Below, piece after piece: positions 13,531 to 25,620 of a stretch of DNA of 64,000 nt. Numbering within the stretch: the stretch's first letter is position 1; the number at the start of each line of letters is the position of its first letter. The DNA lies in assembly GCA_016748015.1 (NCBI GenBank), contig JAAOMT010000664.1:1298047-1362046 (forward strand), written 5' to 3'. Below the pieces are notes generated by a model. That model did not search any database. It was not told the DNA's origin and saw only the letters and a program-made list of their open reading frames with translations. The DNA is from Geosiphon pyriformis uo1. Its lineage: Eukaryota > Fungi > Glomeromycota. The translations under genes were made by a program, and so were the position numbers.

Positions 13531-16500
13531 CATTATTGTTAAGATACTTAAGTTATATAGCAAACTAATTTTTAATAAGATAGATTAAAGTTATTGTAAT
13601 TTTTTTTTTAGTTTATGTTTTCCAAATTTAATTTTGTGTTTATTATTTTTACTAAACAAAAAGATGCTAAAGACATAGCATTTTAAACATTATTGGTCAT
13701 TACAAAATATGACATATTTTTTACATAATTGAATGTTTATTTGTTCTAATTAGTAAATTTGAGCTTTTTTGGTTAAATAAGTATAACTTGTAATTTAGTA
13801 ATATACTTTTACTTTATTTTTGTAGTTATATCTAGCAATTTTAAAAATATATTAAATATATTCAGCTTTTTTTATTTGGCAAATATTTTTTTGGGTTTTT
13901 TTTATTAATTAGAACCATAACTAGTTTATAAATTATCTTAATATTATGTAAGTAATAATAAAATTTGTTGAAAATATTGTTATAAGTAGCATTAAATAGA
14001 GTTTTTTTCTTTTTATTGCAATATTAATCCAGTTGTATTTTTTAGGTAATAGTTTTTTGCATGTAAAACAAAGAGTATTGTTTTATTTTCTATTTTGTTT
14101 AAAGTATTTAAATTGTTTCCAGCAACAGGTTTTGTAGTAGTAACAAGTACATATCTTATATTTTTTTTTGAAAATATACAAGCTTTTATTGATAAAAGCT
14201 TTTTGTTGCAGTTTTTATATTTGAGTAAAATATAAGATAATTGTTTTTATGGTTCTGATTTAAAATAGTAAACAATGTTCTATCTATTGGTTTCTTTAAA
14301 AATTTTTGTTTTGTTTCTTCAGCCTAATTGAATGTTAATTTAAAAGCCATATAAGTTTCAGTAATTGGCATTTCTTTTTTTTTTAAATTTAAACACAAAG
14401 ATTTTTTCTAATTATTTGTTGAAAATATTATAAATAGTAAATATTCTAATATATTGTCTTTGATATAAGATTTTAAGTTTCTGAGTTTTTCAATCTAAAT
14501 TTGTATTGGCTTTGAAAAGTCAATTATTTTTGACAAAAGCTTAATATTAGAATATATTTATAATAAAAATTTTGATAAGTATAATAATTTTATTGATTGT
14601 AAATAAAAAGTTATCAATTTTTCTTACTGGAGTTTTTTTTATGCCATCAGCTATAACAATAATTGTTTGGGCAGATTTGTTAATATTTCATTGTAGTTGT
14701 TGTATTAATTAATAGGTAATAATGCTTTCAATAGATCTACTGTTTAAGATTAACCAAATTAATTTTTTTTTAATTTTGGCTTCTATATATATAGTTGTGA
14801 TTGCTTTTTGTTCTGTAATAGTTGCATTGCTAAGCAAAAATAGTAATTTATTTGCTTCAAATTTGAATGATAATATATATCTAAAAGATTAATATTTTGA
14901 AGAATTTTGACTAATAAGATTGTATTATTAAAAGAGTTTTGTTTTAATACTGTAGCTTTACTTTTAAAAAGTGCAGTTTGCTGAAAATTCAATTCTTTTA
15001 GTATTGTAAGATAGCTCAATTAAATGTAATAATATGTGGGTCTTTGTTAAGTTGAATTTTAGAGAACTAATTAGTTGTTAAGATTGAATCTGTTGTTGTT
15101 TATTGCAAATTGGTTTTAAGAAGTAAATTGATTTTGTTAACCCAATTTTTAGGCAGGTATTTAATATTGCTAAACTAGTGGTTATAAGTATTGTTGTTGA
15201 ATAAATTGTAAAGCAAATTGATAGTAATTGTTTTGGTGTTGTAATCTTGGTAAATAATAAGTTGAAGATTAATAATATGATTGCTAAGATTGGAAATAAC
15301 ATTAATTATTTTTTTGTTGTTAGTTTTATTATATTTTTTAGCAATCTTGTTTTCAATATTTTAAAATCTTACAATAATAATAATTTGGTTTTGGCTGTTT
15401 AATAATAGAAAGTTGCTTGGGTTTTATTATTGTAATGGTTGATATCTTTATTGCTATTGTTGTTAGTTGGTAAAATAGTTTTTAATTTTTTTAGTTAGTT
15501 GGTTAATTATTTTTTCAACTGCTAAACTGGTTTTCAATAGCTAGGTTGACAAGTTTTGTGCAATTGACTTCTTCTATTGTTATTTTATAGGTTTTAATAT
15601 ATTGAATAGCAATAGTTAAGTTTTCTAAAGCATGTGGTTAAACTTTTTTAATAAGTTTGTTTTTTAATTTTGCAATAAATTAATTCAAAATTTGGGTATT
15701 AGAATAGTAGTTATTGGTTTCTAATTGTTGAATTTGCTGAAAAAGTTTGTTGAACTTTCCAAGATAGATTATAACAGATTTAAATAGTTCTTGTTTAATA
15801 TTGCAGAACTGATTTCAGAGAGTAATAAATATATTGTTGTTGGTAAATTGTTTCAGAAAAAAATCTTTAAATACTTGCTAATTTTCAAATAATTTAACCA
15901 AATTTTTAAATCATTTTTTAATTGTTCTTTAAAGAAAATAAGAAATTGTTTTTAATATTTTAACTACATTTTATCTATTTGCTTTTCTTGCTTTTAAAAC
16001 TTTGTTAAGCCATTTTTAAGAATTGGTATTAGTATTTTTATTAATAAATTCAATAATTTTTGCAATATAAGTAGTTATTATTTTTTTAGTATTTTTATTT
16101 TTAAGAGCTTTTTTTTCAGTAAATTTAGAAACATTTTTATTATTATTGAAATGATTACTTTGGTTTTCTGCTAAAAAATTAAGAAAATTTATGCTGATAA
16201 AAATTTGTTCAAACTATTGTATTAGGCTTTTTGGTAATGTAAAATTTTTTGGTTTGAAGAAATAATTAAGTAGTAAATTTAATATTTAAACTTGAACAAA
16301 TAAACCTGAGATTAAAAATGGTTTAGAACTTTTTTATTTAAATATTTGCAAGTGTTCAAAAGTTGTTTTTAGTGTGTTAGATGTTGTTTAAACTGGTTGT
16401 ATGTTTTTTTTTTGACTTTTGTTTGTTTTAAGTTCTGATTCAAGTTTAAGAACAAATTGTAAATTAGCAAGATATTTTTTTTTGCAAAATTTAATAATGT

Positions 16501-17928
16501 TATAATCTAATTCTTTAAAATAAATAGCACAGTTATCAGCACTAATATTCTCTAAGTTTTTGTTTGAATAGTAAATAAGGTCTTTAAGAAAGTTTTGTTT
16601 GATTTGTGTAATGTTGTAATTTCCAAAAAAATAATTATTGCTTCAGTTTTTAATATATTAAAAAAGTGTTTTCTTAAAAGCTGTAATTTTATTTAAAATT
16701 TTAAATTGTTGTTTGCAGTAAATATAAATTAATTGATACTATTTTAGAGTTGTTATGTCTAATACAGTTACTACTTTTCAAAAATTGTTTATCTAAAAGC
16801 TTATTAAAAATGTGTAGTTACTTTGCTATAAAAGTCAACTTTTTTACAAAAATTTTATTTGTAAACTATTCTAATGATTATAATAAAAAAAGTAAAAAAA
16901 AATATAAAAAATATAAAAAATATAAAATTTTGTTTAAGAGAATTATTTTTTGTTTAAGTCTGAAATTTCTAAAAGTTTTACTAAAATTAGTAACTAGTCA
17001 ATTTTAAATTGTTAGTTGAAAATTTTGGAAAATTTCAAATGTAATTAATTAATGGTTTTATTTTTCAAATATTTTGGATTTTATTTGATTTGTATTAAAA
17101 AATTTGTTTTCAAAAAAAATAATTTTAAGATAAAATAAAATGAAATATATTTTCATAAAAAAAAAAGCTTTTTTTTTATACAACTTGTTATAATATTAGT
17201 CTATAAACTTGTACTTTTTCTTTTGCTATAATTTTGACAAATTAAAGATATATTTTGACAAACTATAAATTGTTTTTATGAATTATGAATAATTTCAATA
17301 AATTATTAAAATATTTTATGAATTTTTACAAATTTCAGTGAATTTTTGAATTTTATAGAGTTCAAAATATTTTATAATCTGATCATTATAATTGTATATT
17401 ATACAAATCAGGTTATTAATTAGATAATAATATTCAATAATTTGATTAACTATTAAATAATAATTAAAATAATAATAATATATGCTAATTAATAATAAAA
17501 ATTATAAGGATAATTTTATGCTAATTAATGGCTAAAATTCTACTAGTAACAAAGTTAATTAAATAAAAAAATTAATAAAATTAAAAACAAAATATAATAT
17601 TAAAAATATTAATATTTTTAATAATATAATTAATATAAAAACATTTACTAAAATAATAAATTTTTAAAAGCTTTAAAGTTTTAAAATTAAGTTTAATATA
17701 AATAATAAATTAAATAAATAAATAAAAAAATTAAAAATAGTTGTATTTTAATTGTTTTTTTAAAATAGGTTTTTTTAGAATTAACATAATTTAATCTAAA
17801 TTAAATTTATGGAAAAAACTTTCTGTCCTATGTTCAAAATTCCCTAAAGAGCATTTTTTAAGAAAGAAGTTTTTTTTGTTTTTTCCTATTAGTTTTTCAA
17901 CATTTTTTTAACTAATAACTCTTTTGTC

Positions 17929-19797
17929 ATGGATTTAGAGACTGCTTCTGGTGGCAGCATGTCTAATAAAAAGACTCCTAAGGATGTGTTTTATGGTCCT
18001 GCTGGTGGTTTTTTTTCACAAAAAAAAAAGGCTCCTCTTGGAAATGTTAAACACTCTGGTGATGAGAAGAATATCTTTTTGAAGTCTGGTTCTGGTGCTA
18101 GTGTATATTCTGATATAGAAAGCCTATCTGATAATGATGAAGATGTTAGTATGTTTGGTGGTTTTAATGGTTCTCTCTTGGATTTGGCTGTTCATACTCC
18201 CAAGACTAAATGACTGAATATTAGTGTGAATTTCAGTTTTTCTATTGGTCCTTCTGACTTTAAGATGAATGAAAAAATGAAGCCTCTTCTACCCCCCCTT
18301 AAGAATAAGGTTTCTTTGAAAAAGATTTGGATTGATCCCAAGATCATCAAAACTCCTGTGGAAGTGTCAATTAAAAAATCATTTGCTTTAGATGTCAATC
18401 TTTTGGCTGTGGAAGGAAAATCGATTATGTTAAAAACTCAGTTCATCAGAAAAATTTTTTCAAAAATCAATGGTTTTAGGGGGACCACTACCCCCTCAAA
18501 ATTTGAAGGGATCATCAGATCAATGTTTACATCAGAGAAAAGCATGAAAAAGGCCGTTTTATTGGCTGGTGAAAATGAAATCAATGTAAACAGTAATCTT
18601 AAAAAACAAAGAATTTGTTTAGATCAAGCCATAGTAATTAAGGAAATTTCTATGAACATGCCTAAGGATATGATCATCGCCGCAGTTGCTGTGTTTGGTG
18701 AAATTAAGTTGATCAGAGTACAACTAATTGGGTTATGGCAGAAAGCTGTAGTAGAGTTCACCGAATCAAGTCAAGCCGATCTGTTGGCCTTAAAATGGTT
18801 GTTTCTAATCAGGAAAAATTTGGTGCATGTGGCCAAGGCCGTGAGAGATTGTAATATGTGAGCATTGAGGGATCAGTTCAGAGCACTTTTGTTTACTTTG
18901 CCAGCAGAAACAACTGCATACAATCTTAATACTCTTCTGAATAGGGCTGGTGGGAAAACTTGCATCATTAATCAATCTTTAGACACTGGTAATAGGGTTT
19001 GTTGTGCTGTGGTTGGCTTTGAATTGGAGGAGAATTTGGATACTGCCTTCCATACTGAGCCTATTTTTGGTGGTGCGCGACTCTTATGAGCCAGATTGGA
19101 TTTGGTTAAATATAAGAAGTGTGGGCGTTTTGGCCATTCAATCCTAGAGTGTAATGTATTGGTAATGTCGTCTTCTAAGCTCTCAAGTTCATTCAAAAGA
19201 TCTGTTTCTGGTTTTGATTATTTTTGGTTGGCCAAGTTGTACGTGAAGAAAAAGGTTTCTATCTTTTGCCCTGCTGCCTTTGGTGGCAAATCATGAGCTC
19301 AGGTAGTGTCTTTTGACTCCTCTTCTGGTGGCTCTCCTTTTGGTTCTGGTTTGCTCTCTGGTGGTCCACCTCTCTCTTTGGGTTCTTCCAGTCCTCATGT
19401 CAATAAATTGGGTGAGTGTTTGGCAGTTTTGGAGCACTCTTTGGAAATTCTTTCAGATCAGGTTTCTGTCATTCTTAAAAAATTGAGTTTCATTAAACTG
19501 GTGCCATTGGCGTCTTTGTCTTATGCTTCTCTTTTGGCTGTTTCTGTGCCTTCAGCTCCAGTTGTGGATTCAGATATGGCTCTGAATGGTATGTTGGCTT
19601 CATCTGCTCCCCCCTTTTTAAGTGGTAGTGAATCTGCAGATGGTCTTAGTTCGAGTGGTTCAAAGATTCTTACTTCCAAGATAGGTGGTTTGAAGTCTAA
19701 AATGTCTGCTCTGGAGGCTTTGTTTGGTTCGATCATGGTGAGATTAAATCTCTTGTGTTCTGGTTCAGGTTTGTCCCTACCTCTGTTATCCCAATAA
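17929..19797 (+). pseudogene. LINE ORF1 (gag-like; RRM-like region and zinc knuckle)
   Basis: The five ORF-track pieces 17929-19797 share one frame, separated by 4 TGA stops. The knuckle YKKCGRFGHSILEC is CxxCxxxGHxxxxC with the first Cys changed to Tyr. Confidence 0.9.
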
Positions 19798-22700
19798 ATA
19801 GTCTGATCTGGAAATTTGCTACATGTAACATTCGGGGTATTAATGTTCCTGTAAAACAAGCAAACATTGTCCATTGGCATATGAGCTCTGGGAATATGGT
19901 TTCCTTTGTTGCTGAGACAAAATTAAGGTCCTTTTTTGGATCATGGATCAAAGACAAATTTGATGGGGTTTGGATTTTTACTTCTGGGTTGGATATTGGT
20001 TATCTCGGTGCTGGCATTGCTGTGATCATGAACAACTCTTTGGCTCACCATGTTTTTAGGATTGAGGAGATTCCTGGTCGTTTGATTTTGATTCGGCTTT
20101 TGTTTAAAGGCAAGCTTTTGGTTACAATTCTGGATTTGTATGCTGGTGCTTCTTCTGGGACTAGGTTTGCTCAGACTTCTGCAGTGAATTCTTTTATTGC
20201 TAAGGCTGTTAACTCCAGTACTTTCATTGTTCTGGGTGGCAATTTCAACGAGAATGACTCTGGGAGGAGTGCAAGTTTTAAGTTCTGTTTGGGTTTGGGT
20301 TTAGTCAATTCTTTTACTGGACACTTGTTGGTCAATATGGCTACATGGAGCAATTCTAGGGGGGTGGAAAAAACAATTGATTTTATTCTTGTTAGTAGGA
20401 CTCTATCTTCTACTGTTGTGAAGCATTGTGTCAATTCTGTTTCTGATTTCTTTGATATGGATCACAAATCTGTTATGGTTTCAGTTGGCCTAGGTGGGCT
20501 CTTAAATGTTTGGCTGAATGGTTTGTATAAGCAGGCCAACAAGGATTGTTGGAAGTTTAGAATCAAGAATGCTGATGATGCTAAGTGGTCCTGTTATAAG
20601 GTATGCTCTTTTGCTAAGATATTGAAGATAAAGAAGAGGTTTCTTGGTGCTGCTGCTGGTCTTGATTTGGATGTTATGTGGTCTTTGCTGGAAAAAATGG
20701 TGGTGGATTTTGTGGATGAAATATTTTCCAGACATTGGTTCTGTGATTTTCAGTGCTCAAAAAATGAACATTCTTCTAAGTTCTTGGGTTTGGAGTTACT
20801 GGTTGTCAAGATAGTCAAATGCCTGACCTCTATGGATGCTTTTGGTTTCGATCATTTTGTGAGGAAATGGTCAGCTTTGAATGCCAGTAAAGCTTTCATT
20901 CTAGAGGACATGGTTTATGGTGGCCAAAAAGTGGAGGACCTTCTTAGTTATTTGTCACTTGTCAGAAAGGAGTACAGAAAATCCAAGATGTTTAAGTCAA
21001 AGTTGTTGCAAGAGGCTACTATTAGAAAGGCTATTGAGAAGCATATAGAACAATTTTGCTTGGACAAGGGAAGTATGATTAGGAGTGTTCTGGATCAGCC
21101 ATTTCAAAAAGTGGTGTTAGATTACTTGGTAGTTGATGATGAGTTGATATTGGAGCCTGAGGAGGTTAGGTCAAGTGTTGACAAGATTATGGAGAGTTGG
21201 ACACAGAAGTATGTGATGCCTATGGTGCTGCCTAATCTCTGGGCTCGTCAGTATACACCTTTGAACTATGTTAGGAATGACGTCTTTTTTAGTGTAATGA
21301 GTGCAATTAGCATGGGTGAATTACTTTTAGTCATTAATGGTCTTCCTGATGGCAAAGCTGCTGGCTTGTCTGGCATTCCCAATAAACTTTGGAAACATGG
21401 TTGTGGTGAAGTATTGGAATGCCTTTTGGTGTTGCTGAATGTGTGCTTATCTGTTGGCATGGTGTCTGTTTTTTGGAAAAGGGTGTGAGTCTCAATGATC
21501 TCTAAGCCTTATGATTGGAATGGGGTTCTTACAAACACTCAACCTATTGTTTTGATTGAGACTGCCAGAAAATTTTGTCTAAGATTTTGTCTGATTGCAT
21601 CTTTTTGGCTTGTAGTAAGTTTGGTGTTCTCCAGGATAATAATTTTTTGGTGCTTTGAAGTATTTCTATGCAATTTCCAGTGTTTACAGTTGGTTTAATT
21701 GTGGAGGATGCTCTTGAAAAAAATAGGGAAATTTGGTTGGTTTTGCAGGATATGCAGAAAGCATATAATTCTGTTGGTTGGCCTTACTTGAGAGCTAGTT
21801 TGCGGTGTATCAAAATATGTGAGAGGTTTATTGGGTTTTTTGGAAACATTCACGAGGATAGAGTTAACAGGATGATGACTAATTTTGGCCTGTCAGATGG
21901 CTATAGGGTACATAATAGATTGGACTAGGGTGAAGTTTTTTCACCTTTTTTATAGAGGATTTTTTATGATCTACTCTTATGCGAAGTGAAAAGACATGAG
22001 CATTTGTGTGAATACTGTGTTGATTTTAAGTTTGTTGCAAAGATGGGCAAAGTTGAGAGTATGGGTGGGATGATGTTTTACTTGACAGCTGGTGCATTTG
22101 TCAATGATACAATTTGGATTGAAAATTGTCAGGCCTCCACTCAGTATGCTCTGAACATTGCCAGTGAGTTCTTCAAAATCAATAATATTTCTATTAATAA
22201 TGATAAAACAATGGCTATTTCTATTAACTAGGGTGTTAGGGTTGCCTCTCTGAGTATTTGTGGTCAGCCAATCTTGATTGCTAAAAAGGGCGAAGCTCAT
22301 TATTATCTGAGTATTTTCTTGTCTATAGAGGGTTTGTCTAAACCTAGTGTGTCCAAAGCTCATTTTGATGTTTGTTTTTTTGTTAACGTTGTGCTCAAAA
22401 AGGCTATTACAGATAAACAGTCCTCATATTTGGTTTCGGCTGTCTTGCAGCCTATTGTTAGTTATCAGACTCAATTTAGTTTTGTTTTGTCTGGTGTTTA
22501 TCGCAAATGGGATGTTATGATTAGAAAGGGTCTTAAGTCTAAAGCTGGTTTGTCTCATGATTTTCCGGATGCTGCCTTACATTATTCTTCTTTGTATGGC
22601 TTGAAAACTTTTGAACAAGTGCAATTTGAAGGGAAGATTGCTGCTTTGGTGTCTTTTTCTAATGCCTCTGGGGTCCTTGGGTGTTTGTTCAATTATAGGT

Positions 22701-24484
22701 TTTTAGACTTGCAGGTTCTTGGTTGGGCTTCTCTGAATTCTTTGTAGTTTCCTGTCAAGCTGTGTGTTAGTCCAGTCAACAACTTTTTGGCTGGAATTGT
22801 AAAAATTTTTTTGAGTAATGAGCTTTTTTTGGCTAACAATCTTTCCAATGCCTTTTGCAGTTCAGGTCATTTTCCACTCTCATCAATTCTAGGTAGTTCT
22901 GAATATTTTAATTCTGTTCGCTCTCTGAAGCGTTTTGGGTTTGCTTTTAGTAATCAGCTTTTGGATAAGAGGGGCCATGTGCTAGATTGGAAGACCTTTT
23001 GTTGTTAGAAGAGATTGGACCCATGGGAACCCATGCCATGCTGGTTCTTGGTCACGTCTAAGTTTATGTTGGTTCAGAGCTTTTCTGCTTTCAGTTCAGC
23101 TGGTTTTGTTTAGTCTGTTGATATAAACATTTTAGATTCTGATGTGTTTTCTCTGGTGAAAGATGGGTTGCATGATATCTGGTCTGGTTATTTTGAAGTG
23201 TATACTGATAGATCTTTGAGGAATGCTGGCTCAGTTGATGCTGCTTGTGATATTGTTACATATTTTCTAGTTTTGGATAAGAGTATTGGTGTTATGATTA
23301 GTGGTCTATTGTCCTCTACTCTGGCTGAGTTGCAGACTATTGCATTGGCTCTTGAGTGTGTACTTTCCTCTTGTCATGTAATTTTGCATATTGATAGCCA
23401 AACTGCTATTGATGTTTGCTTATTGGAGTTGTCTTGTGCCATGCCTGATTTTCATAATTGGTGCTGGTTGAAGAGATGCCATATTTTCAATTTGGTTAAG
23501 AAAAAAGATCTCGAGATGGTTTGGATTAAGGTTAAGGGCCATTCTGGCATTTCAGGTAATGTCAAGACTGATTTGGTGGCTGGGAAAGCTGTTCAATCTC
23601 CCTTCTCTTTGTTGGCAGGAGTTTATGAACATTATTTGGTGGCTGAAAACATGACAATCTCTGACAATGCCTGCCACTTTGTAAGGGATATTTTTTAATC
23701 TATTAATCGTGTTCACTGGAAGGCTGGGCCTGGTGTGAGTGTGATACCTGTTGACTTGATTAAGTGTATAGACTGGATTTCTACTGCAAAGGTTTGGCAT
23801 CCGGACTCTCATATACTTGCTAAATTCACTGGTCGGAAAACTTCGAACTTGTGCTCATATTTGATAAAAGCTGTACACAGGCATTTTCCAGTAGCTGTTC
23901 AAAAAAAACTATATGATAAAGGTTATCCTAGTGTATTGTGCCTGCTGTGTGGTAAAGTGGAATTTTTTGACCATGCATTCATGTGCTCTTGGAATGTTGT
24001 TATTCGTAATGAGGTTTTAGTTGAGGCTTCTGCTCGTTGGGTTTCAGTGGCAGGTCTTTGTGACTCATTGTCTTCAGCTGTTTTGCGGATGTTGTCTGCC
24101 TGTTCTTTGAATGTTGGTTTGTACTCTATTGTGTGTAAAAACTTTGTGCTGAATGAATGATATGAAGAGACTCAAGGTTTATTTGATGATAAAAAGCAGG
24201 CTATTAGTGAGGTTGTCAATTTTGTTAGATTTGTGGCCGATTTACATTGTGTAAGAGCATGGTTAGTAAGGTCTAAGCACAGAGTGTGGATGGAAAAGAC
24301 TGGTTTGGTTGCTGATAGTGGAGTTGTTTCTGGTCTGTCTCATAATGTTTCTTCTATATTGTTGGGTGGAGTGGTTAGAATGTTAGGTGTGATTGAATTA
24401 TTTGCTGTTAACTTTGGTTATTATTTGCTGTGCTGTTTTTTTTCTGGTCTAAGTGGTGTTGTTAGTGTTATTATAGGTGTGTAG
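19794..24484 (+). pseudogene. LINE ORF2 (AP endonuclease, reverse transcriptase, RNase H, C-terminal Zn finger)
   Basis: APE: ATCNIRG, ETKL, GGNFNE, TIDFIL, DHKSV. RT: KAAGLSGI, QPIVLIET, DMQKAYNSV, LD*GEVFSP, AFVNDT. RNase H: VYTDRS, AELQ, IDSQ, WIKVKGHSGISGN. CLLCGKVEFFDHAFMC. 10 in-frame stops and one frameshift at ~21570. Confidence 0.93.
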
Positions 24485-25554
24485 TGTTGTTTGACTGGCC
24501 TGAGTGGCTAGCCATATGTAGTAAGTGTGTAAATTGTATTTAGTTTGGGTCACTTAGTTTGGCTTTTTGTACTAGATAGCAATTGGACTTCACTCAATAA
24601 AAGCAGGATTAAAAAAAAAAAAAAAAAAATTTATGTTTAATTATAATATTTAACTTAAAATATACAATAATTATATTGTATTAAATAATAATAAAATTTT
24701 ATATATTAAATAAAAAAATATAAAACAATTAATATATTAAAATATAATATAATCTAATTATTATCTTAAATTATACAATAAAAACTATTATATAAAAAAT
24801 ATAATTTATGTTTTAACTACATATAATTAATTGATTAAATTAATTAAACTTATATTAAATATTTTTATTTTTATTTAATAATATAAATCCAATAATTTTA
24901 ACATAGTAAACTGAAATTTAATATAAAATTAAGATGATTATTATAATTAAAAACCAAAAAAAACCCAAAAACAAAATTAATTCAATTAATATTATATGTT
25001 TATTAAAATTAAATAACCAGTTATGTTTTAAATTATAAAATATTTATCTATAAAACTTTTTTTTTATATTTAATTTTAAACTTAAAATTGAATAAATAAA
25101 TTTTATTTTTGCTAATTATTAATTAATAATATTTTATATTTTATAAAAAGCATTAAATTTTATATTATATTTTATAATTTAATATTGTACTTTACAATCA
25201 TTAAATTTGATATTAAAATTTCAGTTTATAAGCTTTTTAATATGTTGAATTTTTGTTAACTTAGCTATTATTTAAAACTTTTTTTTAATAATTTTTAAAA
25301 AAGAATTTATTGTTTTGAATTTTTACAAATACATAAATAAATTAGTTTTTTTTAAAAAATAAGTATTTAATTAATATATATGTATATATTAATTTTTTAT
25401 AAAAACAATTATTTATTTAAAAATAAATAGAACAAACAGCAATGTTAATTAATAAAAACACAAGTAAAACATATTGAATTTAATTTAATCATTAACAAAA
25501 TCTTTGTGTATAGCATGAATTTTTTAGGTTACTTAAATTGTAATTCTTTTTCAA

Positions 25555-25616
25555 ACGCGTGTCGCGTTAATTTTTGAACGCGCTACACTTTTCGCTTTAT
25601 ATTTCTTTTTCGCGCC
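25555..25616 (+). promoter_or_regulatory. Cluster of MCB-like (ACGCG) and E2F-like (TTTCGCGC) elements upstream of the DNA methyltransferase
   Basis: ACGCGT 25555-60, TCGCGT 25562-67, ACGCGC 25578-83, TTTCGCGC 25608-15. That is four CGCG cores in 60 bp, in an otherwise CpG-poor neighbourhood, ending 5 bp before the predicted ATG. Confidence 0.55.
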
Positions 25617-25620
25617 GAGG

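Larger units (their letters stand above)
9958..17551 (-). mobile_element. Ty3/Gypsy family 1 relic: 5' LTR-gag-protease-dUTPase-RT-RNaseH-integrase (3' truncated)
   Basis: 5' LTR 17551-~16750 starts TGTTACT. Gag relic ~16090-15500 (YIAKIIEF...WLNKV...QFTNNN...YLGKFNKL). Protease LILNSRSIESII (=LDSG) at ~14750. dUTPase ~13530-13130. RT ...ALRKAKFFSTFDLKSRY | Y*QVEIDP...VVYINKI. RNase H ~10750-10350. Integrase H2C2-like (HYFWLQIHQNI) at ~10000. Confidence 0.88.
17812..24626 (+). mobile_element. Full-length non-LTR retrotransposon (LINE; ORF1 + APE-RT-RNaseH-CCHC ORF2), inactivated
   Basis: TSD AAATTTATG at 17803-17811 and 24627-24635. AATAAA at 24596-24601 and poly(A) at 24611-24629. Two long reading frames broken by premature stops. 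Confidence 0.95.

Noticed and set aside
11307-17551. DIRS-like or large TIR element with ~750-bp inverted termini
   Set aside because: The left repeat is a TSD-flanked solo LTR inserted into the RT. The RT continues leftward past it, and no tyrosine recombinase or transposase is seen.
18192-23812. Minus-strand ORFs overlapping the LINE
   Set aside because: These are antisense shadows of the T/G-rich LINE coding strand with no independent motifs.
17929-24484. Alternative genetic code or programmed readthrough (many in-frame TGA)
   Set aside because: Stops include TAG and TAA at Gln/Trp/Arg positions, catalytic residues are also mutated, and host genes use TGA as a normal stop.
24489-24565. 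Bona fide tRNA gene in the LINE 3' UTR
   Set aside because: The acceptor and T stems do not pair. Kept only as a speculative tRNA-like resemblance.
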